Assembly: GCA_964517845.1 (NCBI GenBank) | Contig: CAZFCQ010000006.1 | Span: 13,817 to 77,816 of the forward strand | Origin: an uncultured Thermoprotei archaeon | GTDB taxonomy: Archaea; Thermoproteota; Thermoprotei; QMSL01; B3-G16 | Direction: 5' to 3' | DNA: 64,000 nt | Part shown: positions 21,032 through 33,000 of the stretch, in pieces | Position numbering within the stretch: the stretch's first letter is position 1 | Layout: each line of letters starts with the position of its first letter | Made by a program: the position numbers and the translations under genes | Notes under the pieces: generated by a model | What the model was told of the DNA's origin: nothing | Database searches by the model: none | Seen by the model: the letters and a program-made list of their open reading frames with translations, nothing else

Positions 21032-21829
21032 ATGATGAAAATTGAAACAGAGTTGGAAGTATTATTAAATGAATTCAGAAGTTTTTCAAACGAATTTCAA
21101 GAATGTATGCGTAGTATTCGTAATGTAATTGATGGTATGAAAGAGATTGATGGAATGCTTTCAAGAGGAGAAATAGACAAAACTACGTATGCTACTCTTA
21201 AAAGAGAGTATAAATTAAAGATCATTCCATACGTTGAGATGTACTTCGATCTAAAAGACAGAGTTAAAGAGTATAGGGATAAGCTCAATTTAATACTAAC
21301 AAAGGTTAGGTTAGATCTACGAGATTTAAGGCGCGAAGCTCTACTCATGGATGAAAAACGTACACGCTTTGAAATCCGTAGGAAACAAGAAAGGATACTT
21401 AATGAATTAATGAGGGAACTAGACACTCTTGAGAATGGATTAGATATGCGTACTGAATTAGATATTTTAGAAATATACTTAACGTCAATCAGAGATAAAA
21501 ATAGAAGCATCCCTCATGAGAGATTAGCCAAATATAGACAGCATTTTAATAAACTTATGAATAGGTGGTCCAATGAGAAGATTTCCCTTACTGAACGCTT
21601 AGAAGGCTTAGAAGAAAGAATTAGTGAAGTAAATGACTCGCTCCGTCTTAACGAAATACGTTTTTCATTAGGAGAGTATGATCATAGCACTTATAATGAA
21701 AAACGTATAGCGCTAGAGTCTAAGCTAAATGAGATCCAGAACGAAATCCGACGAATTCAAAGTACTATAGAGGAAATGGATTCGCGAATTCTGAGATGTT
21801 CAAGTCTCTTAGAGGAATTAGGAGCTTAG
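21032..21829 (+). CDS. Coiled-coil protein with two SHOCT-like motifs (locus A, gene 1)
   Basis: 265 aa, almost entirely heptad-rich; two copies of a G-E-[IY]-D-x3-Y-x3-[KR] motif (SRGEIDKTTYATLKREYKLKI at 21161-21223; SLGEYDHSTYNEKRIALESKL at ~21665-21727). Confidence 0.6.
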   Translation: MMKIETELEVLLNEFRSFSNEFQECMRSIRNVIDGMKEIDGMLSRGEIDKTTYATLKREYKLKIIPYVEMYFDLKDRVKEYRDKLNLILTKVRLDLRDLRREALLMDEKRTRFEIRRKQERILNELMRELDTLENGLDMRTELDILEIYLTSIRDKNRSIPHERLAKYRQHFNKLMNRWSNEKISLTERLEGLEERISEVNDSLRLNEIRFSLGEYDHSTYNEKRIALESKLNEIQNEIRRIQSTIEEMDSRILRCSSLLEELGA

Positions 21830-21840
21830 GTGCTTTAGGT

Positions 21841-24555
21841 ATGAAATGTAAATTTCACATAATAATCAATATTATTATATTATCCGTTTTAATTACTTCT
21901 CTTGCTATAGGAGAGGGTATAAAAGCCTCTCCTACTCTTAGCTCTCGTAAAGTAATAATCGTGAATCCCTCTCCCTTCAACAAATTAACCTATGCTTATG
22001 TTAACGTTTCCTTTGTGCCAGGAGAAGCTTATAACTCCAGTATTTACGTATATAACTCCTTTGGAGAAGAACTTCCATTTCAAGTAATTAACGCTTGCTT
22101 CTATCCTTCCTCACCTTATTATAAATACTGTATCCTTAAACTACTTCTACCACTTAAAGCATGGTCCCATGAGAACATTACAGTGACTTTTACAAGTGAA
22201 CCTCGCACTCCTACATTTTTTAATACTGATTTAGTAGTGTATACTGACAATGTCACAGGGAATCTCATAGTTAAGAATGACTTCTATAAAGTAGTATTCG
22301 GTAACGTATCATTGCAAGGAGTTCAGGAATTTTTGATAAAGTCTAATAAGGGATACGTAAGCGTACTCATACGTTGGCCTTTCATAGGATTTTCAGTTCT
22401 TTTAAAGAATGGTACTATCATTACTCCACTAAGCTATGCTAATTTGACATATAGGGTTGTAAGGAAAGGCCCTCTAGAGGTTGTTATAAGACTTAATGCA
22501 ACTAGTTATTTCATGAATATAACACAAACTTACACATTCTCTGCATATTCACCGGTCATTTATGTCCATTCTAAATTATTCTTAAGAGACTACTCTGAAG
22601 TCCTAACTGCATACCTACCCGTCTTCCACATACCAACGGGTATTTTCGACATTATATGGACATCTCTTAATACATCTGAAAACCTGGTTAAAGTTAGTAT
22701 GAAAAGCTTTAGGCCCGCTCCAACATGGTTCCTTCTCTTTTCTAGTAAAGGTAATTATGGTATGGCATACTATTATAACCAAACACTTATGAACTTCAAA
22801 AGCGCGCTCGCTAAGATACTTTACAACTTGACATATACGAAAAAACGTTCACTTATATTTGAAATCTATCGTAAACGTTCGCTATCAATATTAGGTAATG
22901 TTAGTTTCTTAATGAATCCCTCATATTACATAGGGAAAGGTATAAAAGAGGTAAAGGATGTTATCTGGTCTCTAGGGTACTTAGCCAATAATACTGAATA
23001 CTATGAGGATATCCTCTTTGCTAATATAACTCAAAAGATGTCCTCTATCTATTCTAATGTCTCAAAGAGGCTCGTCTTCTTTAAGGAAGAGGGTTACCTT
23101 AACTTAGCTTATCAGTTAAATGAAACGCAACTACGTAGTAATGTTATTCAGCTTGATTCCAGCTTAATAGTATATCCGTATCTTAACTTAACAAAGAATT
23201 TCACGAGGAATATATGGAAGGATGTCATTAAGGAGATGATAACTCCAGTAAGTATACTTACTCCCTTAGCTATCTCTATTAATGCTCCTAACCAAGTCTT
23301 TACTGATGAAATCTTTAACGTAACTGCAAGGATAATAGTTTTAGAGGATTTAGCGAAGCTTAATGTAAGCCTTATGCTCCCAAAAGGTGTCAGGATATTT
23401 AGTGATATTAATACATATAACTTCACTAATGTTAGACAGGGTAGCGAGGTAGACGTCTCTTGGAGTTTAGTCCCCTTTTATGAAGGAAATTATACTCTAA
23501 ATCTTCTTGCCTCATCTGAGAGGGGTGACATCGTCATTAGTAAACCAATAAGCATAATATTTTATCCTGTATTCCCTAAGGTCTCTCTTCTTTATAACCT
23601 TACTGTACTTTGCAAGGATCAAGAAGGTAGACCCATCCCACATATAATGGTTAAAGTCTATGACAATAGGACGGGGGCGTTGGTAGGTTATAATGTGACA
23701 GATATAAACGGTACAGCTACCTTTTATAACTTAAAGTTAGGAACATATAAGGTAGTAGCTTCTGACGGAATAATATCTAATAAGACTATAGTCCTTCTTT
23801 ATAGAAATACCGTATCCTTGATAGTACTTGGTAAGGCGTCCTTCGCTTTAAGCGTATTTTCCTCAGGCGGGTACCCAATGGAAGGAGTAGCCGTATACAT
23901 TTATGATGTTAATGGTACGCTAGTATTTATGGGATATACCGATAAGCATGGTTATTTTGAGAAGCGAGGGCTCCCTCTAGGTAATTATACGATATCTCTG
24001 AGATGGTTTGATGTTACTCTCGATTACTTTAGTCTTAATTTAACAAGAGATATCAACATGAGTTTAACACTTCATGTTCATAAGCTAGTAATTAATGTTA
24101 TGCTATCTGATGGACGTGTATTACCTGGAGCTAAAGTGTCTATAAGCCTAGAGATGGAACGTAGAGGTACTCCCAGAGTGATAGCTTATACTGATGAGTA
24201 TGGTAGAGTGACATTACTTTTGCCTCGTTCTCGATATATAATTGAAGTGGAGAAAGGTCAATATAGGGGTAGAGCTTCAGTATTTCTGGATAGAGATACT
24301 GTAATAGATATCGTATGTTCTACGATAAACACTCTCTGGATCCTTGTCGGCTCTGCGGGAGGTCTTTGGGCCTTTACTGCTCTCTACTGGCAACGAGTTA
24401 CTCGTGTAACATATAGGGAAGAAAGAAAATATCAGCAACTACTTAGGCGACTTGAAGAGTTTTATAGAAAAGGTTTGATAGAGGAGAAGTACTATTTAAG
24501 ATTGAAGAGTGAATATGAGGAGAAATTAAAGAAATTAAGAGGTGAAAGATCATGA
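21841..24555 (+). CDS. Large N-glycosylated surface protein with 3x transthyretin-like (CarbopepD_reg-like) repeats, C-terminal TM anchor and cytoplasmic SHOCT-like tail (locus A, gene 2)
   Basis: Signal/TM MKCKFHIIINIIILSVLITSLAIG and more than 30 N-x-S/T sequons. Three ~60-aa beta-sandwich repeats (VKVYDNRTGALVGYNVTDINGTATF...), a C-terminal TM helix, then RKGLIEEKYYLRLKSEYEEKL. ORF track start 21796 overlaps the upstream gene; ATG 21841 preferred. Confidence 0.65.
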   Translation: MKCKFHIIINIIILSVLITSLAIGEGIKASPTLSSRKVIIVNPSPFNKLTYAYVNVSFVPGEAYNSSIYVYNSFGEELPFQVINACFYPSSPYYKYCILKLLLPLKAWSHENITVTFTSEPRTPTFFNTDLVVYTDNVTGNLIVKNDFYKVVFGNVSLQGVQEFLIKSNKGYVSVLIRWPFIGFSVLLKNGTIITPLSYANLTYRVVRKGPLEVVIRLNATSYFMNITQTYTFSAYSPVIYVHSKLFLRDYSEVLTAYLPVFHIPTGIFDIIWTSLNTSENLVKVSMKSFRPAPTWFLLFSSKGNYGMAYYYNQTLMNFKSALAKILYNLTYTKKRSLIFEIYRKRSLSILGNVSFLMNPSYYIGKGIKEVKDVIWSLGYLANNTEYYEDILFANITQKMSSIYSNVSKRLVFFKEEGYLNLAYQLNETQLRSNVIQLDSSLIVYPYLNLTKNFTRNIWKDVIKEMITPVSILTPLAISINAPNQVFTDEIFNVTARIIVLEDLAKLNVSLMLPKGVRIFSDINTYNFTNVRQGSEVDVSWSLVPFYEGNYTLNLLASSERGDIVISKPISIIFYPVFPKVSLLYNLTVLCKDQEGRPIPHIMVKVYDNRTGALVGYNVTDINGTATFYNLKLGTYKVVASDGIISNKTIVLLYRNTVSLIVLGKASFALSVFSSGGYPMEGVAVYIYDVNGTLVFMGYTDKHGYFEKRGLPLGNYTISLRWFDVTLDYFSLNLTRDINMSLTLHVHKLVINVMLSDGRVLPGAKVSISLEMERRGTPRVIAYTDEYGRVTLLLPRSRYIIEVEKGQYRGRASVFLDRDTVIDIVCSTINTLWILVGSAGGLWAFTALYWQRVTRVTYREERKYQQLLRRLEEFYRKGLIEEKYYLRLKSEYEEKLKKLRGERS

Positions 24556-27500
24556 GGAGGCTTTTATATATACTTACCATTTTATATATCATCACGATCA
24601 GTATATCGCTACCTATTATATCATCTTCTAGCTCTTCATCAAGCGCTATTTATATAACTTTTACTCTTCGGGATTACTATACGGATGAACCGCTTTATAA
24701 CGTTACAGCAGAGGTGACGCTTTCTGCTTCTGGATTAGGTACACGTACATTCAAGCTAGCTACGAATATAACAGGTTTAGCTACTGTTGTATGGAAGGGC
24801 GGTTCAATATCTCCTGGTACTATACCCAGGTTAACATCATTAAGGCTTTCCATAGTTAATGTAACTAAAGAGAAAAAGGTCTATCCCTTACTTGTAATGA
24901 AAATCTGTAAGTCCTTACTAGAATTTGAAGAGTATGTAACTGCATACTTTGATACTACTATGAATATGTCAGTATATGAAGATCTAGATATCCCCTTAGA
25001 TATAATGACTGAAGGTAATATGAGTATAATTAGATGTGATGTATGGGTCCTAAGAGGGAAAGTAGTTAATATTTCCGCTTATGATCCTCTAGAAAATGAC
25101 ATCGCTGAACTTTACGTTAAGCCTGGTTTACCTATATCAGGTATTTCTGCTCAAGGATTTGAGATACCTTATGTATTACCGCTTAACTATCCAGTTCTAA
25201 TTAAGAAAAGTAGAAGAGTATCGGAGCTATATCCTGTACTACAAGTCTGGATAACTAATGAGACTGATGTAGTACCTTGGACGTATCATGTTGCTAAGGC
25301 TTTAGTTGAAAGAAAGCTAGGTGATTTGAAAGCCTCTTTACGTTGGTTTATAGCATTAGGCTATCCAATATCTGAAGAAGTAGCTTCATTAGATTTAATA
25401 AATGCCCTTTCAGACCAAGCACTCTTCCTCTTTGAAAAGAGGAATTATACTGCAGCAGTAGGCGTTATGATAAACTTAATAAGAGTTATGAATGAAAGCA
25501 CAGATAGATTAGAGTCCTTTAAGTCGTCAGCATTCCTATCCTCGTTCTTAATGTTTACTTTATTATTTGGTTTCTCAATAGTCATTACAACATTGTTCCT
25601 TCCTACTAGTAAATTTAAGAATATAGTAGGGGTAGCAATCTTCTTAGGCTTCTTAGGCACGCTTATATTATTGCAACCCTCAGCTAGAGTAGCATCTGCT
25701 GTTCTCTTAAGTTCCTTAGGTGTTAGTATAGCTGCTTTTGATTACTTTGTTTTAGCCGCTGCGACTATTGTTTTCGGGAGCATAATATATTGCATCTACC
25801 TACTCTTTGTATTAGTAACACGTCCAGCAAAGAAGCTTACTCTAAGCTTAGCTTTACAATACCTCAGGGCTAGAAAGTGGAGAAGCTTACTTCTAATAAT
25901 TACCCTAGCCCTAGTAATAGCTTCGTCTATTGCGATCATGCGTGTTTCATTAAGTACTATGCTTTATACTAGCGAGTTAAAGAGTGACTTGAATATCTAT
26001 GGGCTTGATATACGTGTTAATACCTTCTTTAAACGCGAAGGATTAACAGAGTACGAACTATATTGGATTAAGGGGCAAGTTAACTATATTGATGAGGGGA
26101 TAATCAGAGCTCCAAGTACCTTAGACTATGCTGGTGTTCTACTCATATTACCTGGTACAAGGGGAGGTGGCATTTTACTACGTGGAGTAGCGTTATCTCC
26201 TTCCTTTATGTCAAAGTATTTCCACTTAAATGTACATGTACCTATAGGACGCCTTCCATTAGACAAAGAATATGGTATTTTACTTCCATCCACGTATTTA
26301 GGAATTTTCAGACTAGGTAGCGAGGTTAAGGTCTATCTAGCTAAAGTAAGCGAGACTACGGGCAATCTTATTCCTGTAAGACCTATTACTCCTAGAACTT
26401 TAAGAGTGGTGGGATTTTTTGATCCTGTAGGATTAAAAAGCGTCAAGGGACCTGATGGAGAACCATTATTTGAGGATCCAGAAACTACGGTTATTATACC
26501 AGTTAATATAGATCTAGATAAAGACCTTGTAATAACTAGAGTATTCCTCTTAACTAATAGTGATATAGGCTTAGATTACTTAGCTTCACAGCTAGTTAAG
26601 ATATTTCCCGCTAGGATAACTGTAATGTCTGGAATAAGCTCAAGGGTCTATGAATATGTACGCATGTTAACTCTACGTGGACTTAACACTACTCTCATAC
26701 TAGTAATCATGGCTTCTCTCTTAATCTCAAGTGTAATGTTCGATACTGTTGAGGAAAGGAAGCGTGATTATTCCACTTTAGCTATATTAGGGGGTAATCC
26801 ATCTGACCTCTTCTCTATAATCTTGGTAGAGACATTGATTGTAGGGTTCATTTCTTCGTTCCTAGGATGGATTCTTGGAGTACCTGTTGCTGTATTATCT
26901 CAATATGGTATAGCCTTTCTTGGAGAGTATGTAGGTGCTTTGAAGAGTGCTACACTACTCCCTATACAGTCTGCCTTAGTCGCTCTCTTCTTAGGAGTCG
27001 TTGTGACATTCTTCTCGGGAGTTATTCCTGCTGCTAAGGCGCAAAGATTCTCCTTAATGGGACGTAAGAAGCGAAAAATAATAACGTCTGCTGACTTAAG
27101 AATAGAAGGTGATATTGCTAAGTATACCTTGCCACTTCGTGTTTCAATCTTCGAGACAAACTTACTTTACAGGTTCCTTAAGATGGAGATAGTCCCAAAG
27201 AAAGATTTCTTAGGAGAAGAAGTCTATTTAGATGGTACCTTCTCGATATCATTTGCTATGTCAGTAAAATACAAAGGTACATCAGTATCTTGTAGACTTA
27301 AGACAATCCGCAGAGGAGATATTCTACTTCTTGAACTACAGGTGCCTAAGGAGTATAAAGACTACATATACTTTAGTGATGTAGTCTATAATATTGAAAC
27401 TAAGATACTACACTATCCTGAATGGAAGTCTCAACAATTACGTTATCTCATTTTAAGGAAAGCACCATCAGAGGAGGTTATAACATTAGACAGTCTCTTA

Positions 27501-27884
27501 GAAAGGGCATTAAAGCTACTTCAGGATATAGAGGATATGAGAAATAAGTTAGACAAATTGGAAAGCATGAAACATAAGATATCCTCACAGCTCTACATGG
27601 AATATCAGGAGAGATATAAGAGAAACCTTAATAGCCTTTACCGTTCCTTAAGAGCTATTGGCATGAGGCTTGAACCCTTCTATAAGCAGTTAAGAGATGA
27701 GATTTCTAAGCTAAACTCAGAATTAGAACGTATAAATGTTGCTTATGAACTAGGTGAACTCAAACAAGAAGAGTATGAGAAGAAGGCTAATCCATTGAAA
27801 GAAGCTCTTCAGTCTTACATGGAGAAAGCAAACCAGGTAGAACGAGTATTTAGAGCATTAAAGACTCCACTTAGAACTTCTTGA
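24552..27884 (+). CDS. FtsX/MacB-like ABC-permease-domain fusion protein with extra N-terminal exodomain, 4-TM block, cytoplasmic domain and SHOCT-like coiled-coil tail (locus A, gene 3)
   Basis: 1110 aa; ATGA overlap with the upstream stop. Signal peptide and Ser8 run; MacB-type TM1 LSLALQYLRARKWRSLLLIITLALVIASSIAIM; ~230-aa periplasmic-type loop; FtsX TM2-4 (LILVIMASLLISSVMFD...); C-terminal ELGELKQEEYEKKANPLKEAL. Confidence 0.7.
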   Translation: MRRLLYILTILYIITISISLPIISSSSSSSSAIYITFTLRDYYTDEPLYNVTAEVTLSASGLGTRTFKLATNITGLATVVWKGGSISPGTIPRLTSLRLSIVNVTKEKKVYPLLVMKICKSLLEFEEYVTAYFDTTMNMSVYEDLDIPLDIMTEGNMSIIRCDVWVLRGKVVNISAYDPLENDIAELYVKPGLPISGISAQGFEIPYVLPLNYPVLIKKSRRVSELYPVLQVWITNETDVVPWTYHVAKALVERKLGDLKASLRWFIALGYPISEEVASLDLINALSDQALFLFEKRNYTAAVGVMINLIRVMNESTDRLESFKSSAFLSSFLMFTLLFGFSIVITTLFLPTSKFKNIVGVAIFLGFLGTLILLQPSARVASAVLLSSLGVSIAAFDYFVLAAATIVFGSIIYCIYLLFVLVTRPAKKLTLSLALQYLRARKWRSLLLIITLALVIASSIAIMRVSLSTMLYTSELKSDLNIYGLDIRVNTFFKREGLTEYELYWIKGQVNYIDEGIIRAPSTLDYAGVLLILPGTRGGGILLRGVALSPSFMSKYFHLNVHVPIGRLPLDKEYGILLPSTYLGIFRLGSEVKVYLAKVSETTGNLIPVRPITPRTLRVVGFFDPVGLKSVKGPDGEPLFEDPETTVIIPVNIDLDKDLVITRVFLLTNSDIGLDYLASQLVKIFPARITVMSGISSRVYEYVRMLTLRGLNTTLILVIMASLLISSVMFDTVEERKRDYSTLAILGGNPSDLFSIILVETLIVGFISSFLGWILGVPVAVLSQYGIAFLGEYVGALKSATLLPIQSALVALFLGVVVTFFSGVIPAAKAQRFSLMGRKKRKIITSADLRIEGDIAKYTLPLRVSIFETNLLYRFLKMEIVPKKDFLGEEVYLDGTFSISFAMSVKYKGTSVSCRLKTIRRGDILLLELQVPKEYKDYIYFSDVVYNIETKILHYPEWKSQQLRYLILRKAPSEEVITLDSLLERALKLLQDIEDMRNKLDKLESMKHKISSQLYMEYQERYKRNLNSLYRSLRAIGMRLEPFYKQLRDEISKLNSELERINVAYELGELKQEEYEKKANPLKEALQSYMEKANQVERVFRALKTPLRTS

Positions 27885-27919
27885 AACTATGTAAATTATT
27901 TACCTTTTCTTAAGAAATT

Positions 27920-28576
27920 CTAAATTCTGCGTATAGCTATTGCTTGTACTAAATCTGCTGTATCTTCTGCACGGTCTGCTATATTCTCTAATGCATGAAG
28001 AAGATCATCTAACAAAGTTAAGTACCCTAAAGGTATTCTGTAAGCATTCTTTACCATAAGCGATCTACATTTTAAATCAATTCTATCAACTTCCTCTTCT
28101 ATTTCTTCAACTTTACGTGTTTTCTCTAATGCTTCACGTGGATTGTATAGAAGTGCCTTTATACATTCTGAAAGTGCTTTTACGCATTCGTAGTCTTTTT
28201 GTAATATCTCATTTATGCCTTCTCTAAGCTCTTCAGGTAATATGACATAAGGAATTATTTCTAGTATACGTACTGCCTCTTTTCCCCAATCGGCTACAAG
28301 GTCGAGTTTAGATAGTAGCATCATTAAGTCTCCTCTATCGTCAGAAGGCATTTCTCCTTTCTCAAGTTCCGCTACTATCCGTCTTCTGATATAATCTGCT
28401 TCTTCCTCTTTCTTAATACATATTTCGAGCATCTTTTCTCCTTTTTCAAATTGTTTCTTATTCAAAAGGTCTATACCCTTCATTAATTTTTCTATAACAT
28501 CTTGGACTATTAGCATATGATGCATTAGCATTTCAATGATTTTCTTATTTCTACGTTCACGTAACCAGTTAAGCAC
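27920..28576 (-). CDS. DUF47/PhoU-like (putative phosphate transport regulator-related) protein
   Basis: 218-aa all-helical protein with the DUF47 (TIGR00153-like) pattern; no adjacent Pit permease. Confidence 0.55.
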   Translation of the reverse strand: MLNWLRERRNKKIIEMLMHHMLIVQDVIEKLMKGIDLLNKKQFEKGEKMLEICIKKEEEADYIRRRIVAELEKGEMPSDDRGDLMMLLSKLDLVADWGKEAVRILEIIPYVILPEELREGINEILQKDYECVKALSECIKALLYNPREALEKTRKVEEIEEEVDRIDLKCRSLMVKNAYRIPLGYLTLLDDLLHALENIADRAEDTADLVQAIAIRRI

Positions 28577-28702
28577 ACTATCAGCCTATATTATTCTTTT
28601 TATAATGTCTGTTAAACATTTCTAAATCTCCTTGGGGTTCAAATACCTTTAAGTATTCCTCTTGCTATAGTGATTCTATCTGAACAAAGGTGTTATTAAA
28701 CT

Positions 28703-29074
28703 ATGAGAGTTCCTTTAAGGAAAGCGTTAGAGGATTTCCTTAAACAACAAGGCCTAACATTAGATGATGTATTAGATGCTATGGATGAGACAAAGGAGGG
28801 AGCTATCGAGTCATTGCAAAAAAGAGTTCACCTTACAGAGAGGGATCTCAAATTCATAGAGAGATATCTATCTGCAAGAGATATTAATTTATTAGTTCTA
28901 GCGTTACAGGTATTTTATCTCTCTTATCCAGGTGGTCTTTATAGAGGATTACTAATTACACCTACTAGAGAAGAAGTAATAGGTCCTGATGGGAAGGTCA
29001 CACGAGAAGGCTTATTAAAGGTAATGCGTGCTTTAGGTATCAGACCTAAAGGCCTTCCCATTAAGACATTTTAG
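28703..29074 (+). CDS. Hypothetical protein
   Basis: 123-aa ORF with normal codon usage in a clean intergenic slot. Confidence 0.45.
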   Translation: MRVPLRKALEDFLKQQGLTLDDVLDAMDETKEGAIESLQKRVHLTERDLKFIERYLSARDINLLVLALQVFYLSYPGGLYRGLLITPTREEVIGPDGKVTREGLLKVMRALGIRPKGLPIKTF

Positions 29075-29118
29075 TTTAAATACTTTTATTTTATCTTATT
29101 TTGAAGAAATGTTTTTAA

Positions 29119-31311
<2,193 letters not shown>

Positions 31312-31510
31312 CCTCGGTTAAGGGTGAGTTCATCATACTTTATTTCAAGCCGCCGAAGGCTCATCATCGGTGAGTATTTTTCTAGTTAATTGTATTATAG
31401 GTTAAATCTTCTATTAATGTTTTACAACACTATAAAGAAGGCATTCCTTAACAGGCAGAGTGATAAAATTTAAGTTAGGTGCTCTCATTTTTACGTTCTG
31501 GTGATATGCA

Positions 31511-32899
31511 TTGCCTTCCTCAAAAGTAGTTCAACAATTGGAGTATATGTTCAAGCCTAGGTCTGTAGCAGTTATAGGAGCTTCTAGGACTCCTAAGAAA
31601 ATAGGATACGAGATAGTACGTAACCTAATAGAATACAAATATCCTGGAAAGATTTATCCTGTAAATCCTCGTGCCACAGAGATTCTTGGTCTTAAGTGTT
31701 ATAGGTCTGTTCTAGATATACCTGATGAAGTAGATTTAGCGATAATATCAGTACCTGCTAAAATAGTACCACAGGTACTTAGAGAATGTGGAGCTAAAGG
31801 AGTCAAAGCTGTTGCAGTAATAAGTGCAGGTTTCGGAGAAATAGGTAATATTGATCTTGAAAGAGAGATTGTAGATATTGCTAAGAAGAATAATATGCGC
31901 CTCCTAGGTCCAAATATCTTCGGTTTAGTGTATACGCCTACCAGGCTTAATGCATCATTCGGTCCAAGGGATGTACTTCCTGGGAACATTGCATTTATTT
32001 CACAAAGTGGAGCGTTAGGTATAGCATTAATGGGTTGGACTATTCTTGAAGAAATAGGCCTCTCAGCTGTAGTTAGTGTTGGGAATAAGGCAGATGTAGA
32101 CGATGCTGATCTGTTAGAGTTCTTTGCAGAAGATCCCAATACTAAAGTCATATTAATATACATGGAAGGTGTCAAACATGGAAGGCGCTTCATGGAGATA
32201 GCAAGGAAGGTTTCTAAAAAGAAGCCTATCGTTGTTATAAAAGCTGGTAGAAGTGAAAAAGGTGCTAAAGCTGTAGCCTCACATACAGGCTCATTAGCAG
32301 GCTCTGATGTTATATATTCAGTAGCATTTAGACAATCAGGAGTGCTTAGAGCTATAAACTTCGAGGAAGCGTTCGATTGGGCTAGATCTTTGTCAAAGCT
32401 ACCTCCACCTAAGGGTGAAAGTACTATTATAATAACTAATGGAGGAGGGGTAGGAGTTCTCGCTACAGATGCATGTGAAGAATACGGAGTAAAACTTATG
32501 GATATGTCAGATGATCTAATGGATGCATTCAGGAAGTATATGCCTCCTTTCGGTAGCCCTAAGAATCCTATTGACTTAACTGGCCAAGCAAGTGAGAAAG
32601 ATTATAGAGGAGCATTTGAAGAAGCTCTTAGGGACCCTAGAATTCATAGCATAGTTCTCTTATATTGTGAAACGATAATCACAGATCCTATACTACTAGC
32701 TAATGAACTTATAGACGCTTACAACTCGGTTAAAGAGAAAAAACCTGTTGTTATCAACTTTGTAGGCGGCGAGGCGAGCGATAAGGCTATGAAGAAACTT
32801 GAGCAAGCAGGTATACCAACATATCCCACTCCTGAACGTGCTGTATCCGCTTTAGCTGCACTTTACCGATGGGCACGTTTTGCAGGTTATTTAGACTGA
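31511..32899 (+). CDS. Acetyl-CoA synthetase (ADP-forming)/NDP-forming acyl-CoA synthetase alpha subunit (CoA-binding plus ligase-CoA domains)
   Basis: 462 aa; CoA-binding Rossmann N-terminus (SVAVIGASRTPKKIGY), succinyl-CoA-ligase-like GPNIFG and catalytic His region (ASHTGSLAG); no beta/ATP-grasp subunit adjacent. Confidence 0.8.
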   Translation: MPSSKVVQQLEYMFKPRSVAVIGASRTPKKIGYEIVRNLIEYKYPGKIYPVNPRATEILGLKCYRSVLDIPDEVDLAIISVPAKIVPQVLRECGAKGVKAVAVISAGFGEIGNIDLEREIVDIAKKNNMRLLGPNIFGLVYTPTRLNASFGPRDVLPGNIAFISQSGALGIALMGWTILEEIGLSAVVSVGNKADVDDADLLEFFAEDPNTKVILIYMEGVKHGRRFMEIARKVSKKKPIVVIKAGRSEKGAKAVASHTGSLAGSDVIYSVAFRQSGVLRAINFEEAFDWARSLSKLPPPKGESTIIITNGGGVGVLATDACEEYGVKLMDMSDDLMDAFRKYMPPFGSPKNPIDLTGQASEKDYRGAFEEALRDPRIHSIVLLYCETIITDPILLANELIDAYNSVKEKKPVVINFVGGEASDKAMKKLEQAGIPTYPTPERAVSALAALYRWARFAGYLD

Positions 32900-33000
32900 T
32901 ATATTCATCAGCATACCTTTTTATCTTTAACTTTCTTCTCAGAGTCAGATTAATAAATCCCTTCTTCTAATCAGAAATAGATTAAACTGAGGTAAGCTAA

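Noticed and set aside
21796-21840. Longer start (MFKSLRGIRSLGALG...) for the locus-A surface protein given by the ORF track
   Set aside because: That start would overlap the upstream gene by 34 nt. ATG 21841 begins directly with a typical hydrophobic signal/TM (MKCKFHIIINIIIL), which is more plausible
31312-31510. Possible structured RNA or terminator downstream of cdc48 (ggtgagttcatcat ... gctcatcatcggtgag followed by a T5 run)
   Set aside because: The repeated words are direct, not inverted, so no convincing hairpin. The T-run may be a simple archaeal oligo-T terminator, but support is too weak to call a feature
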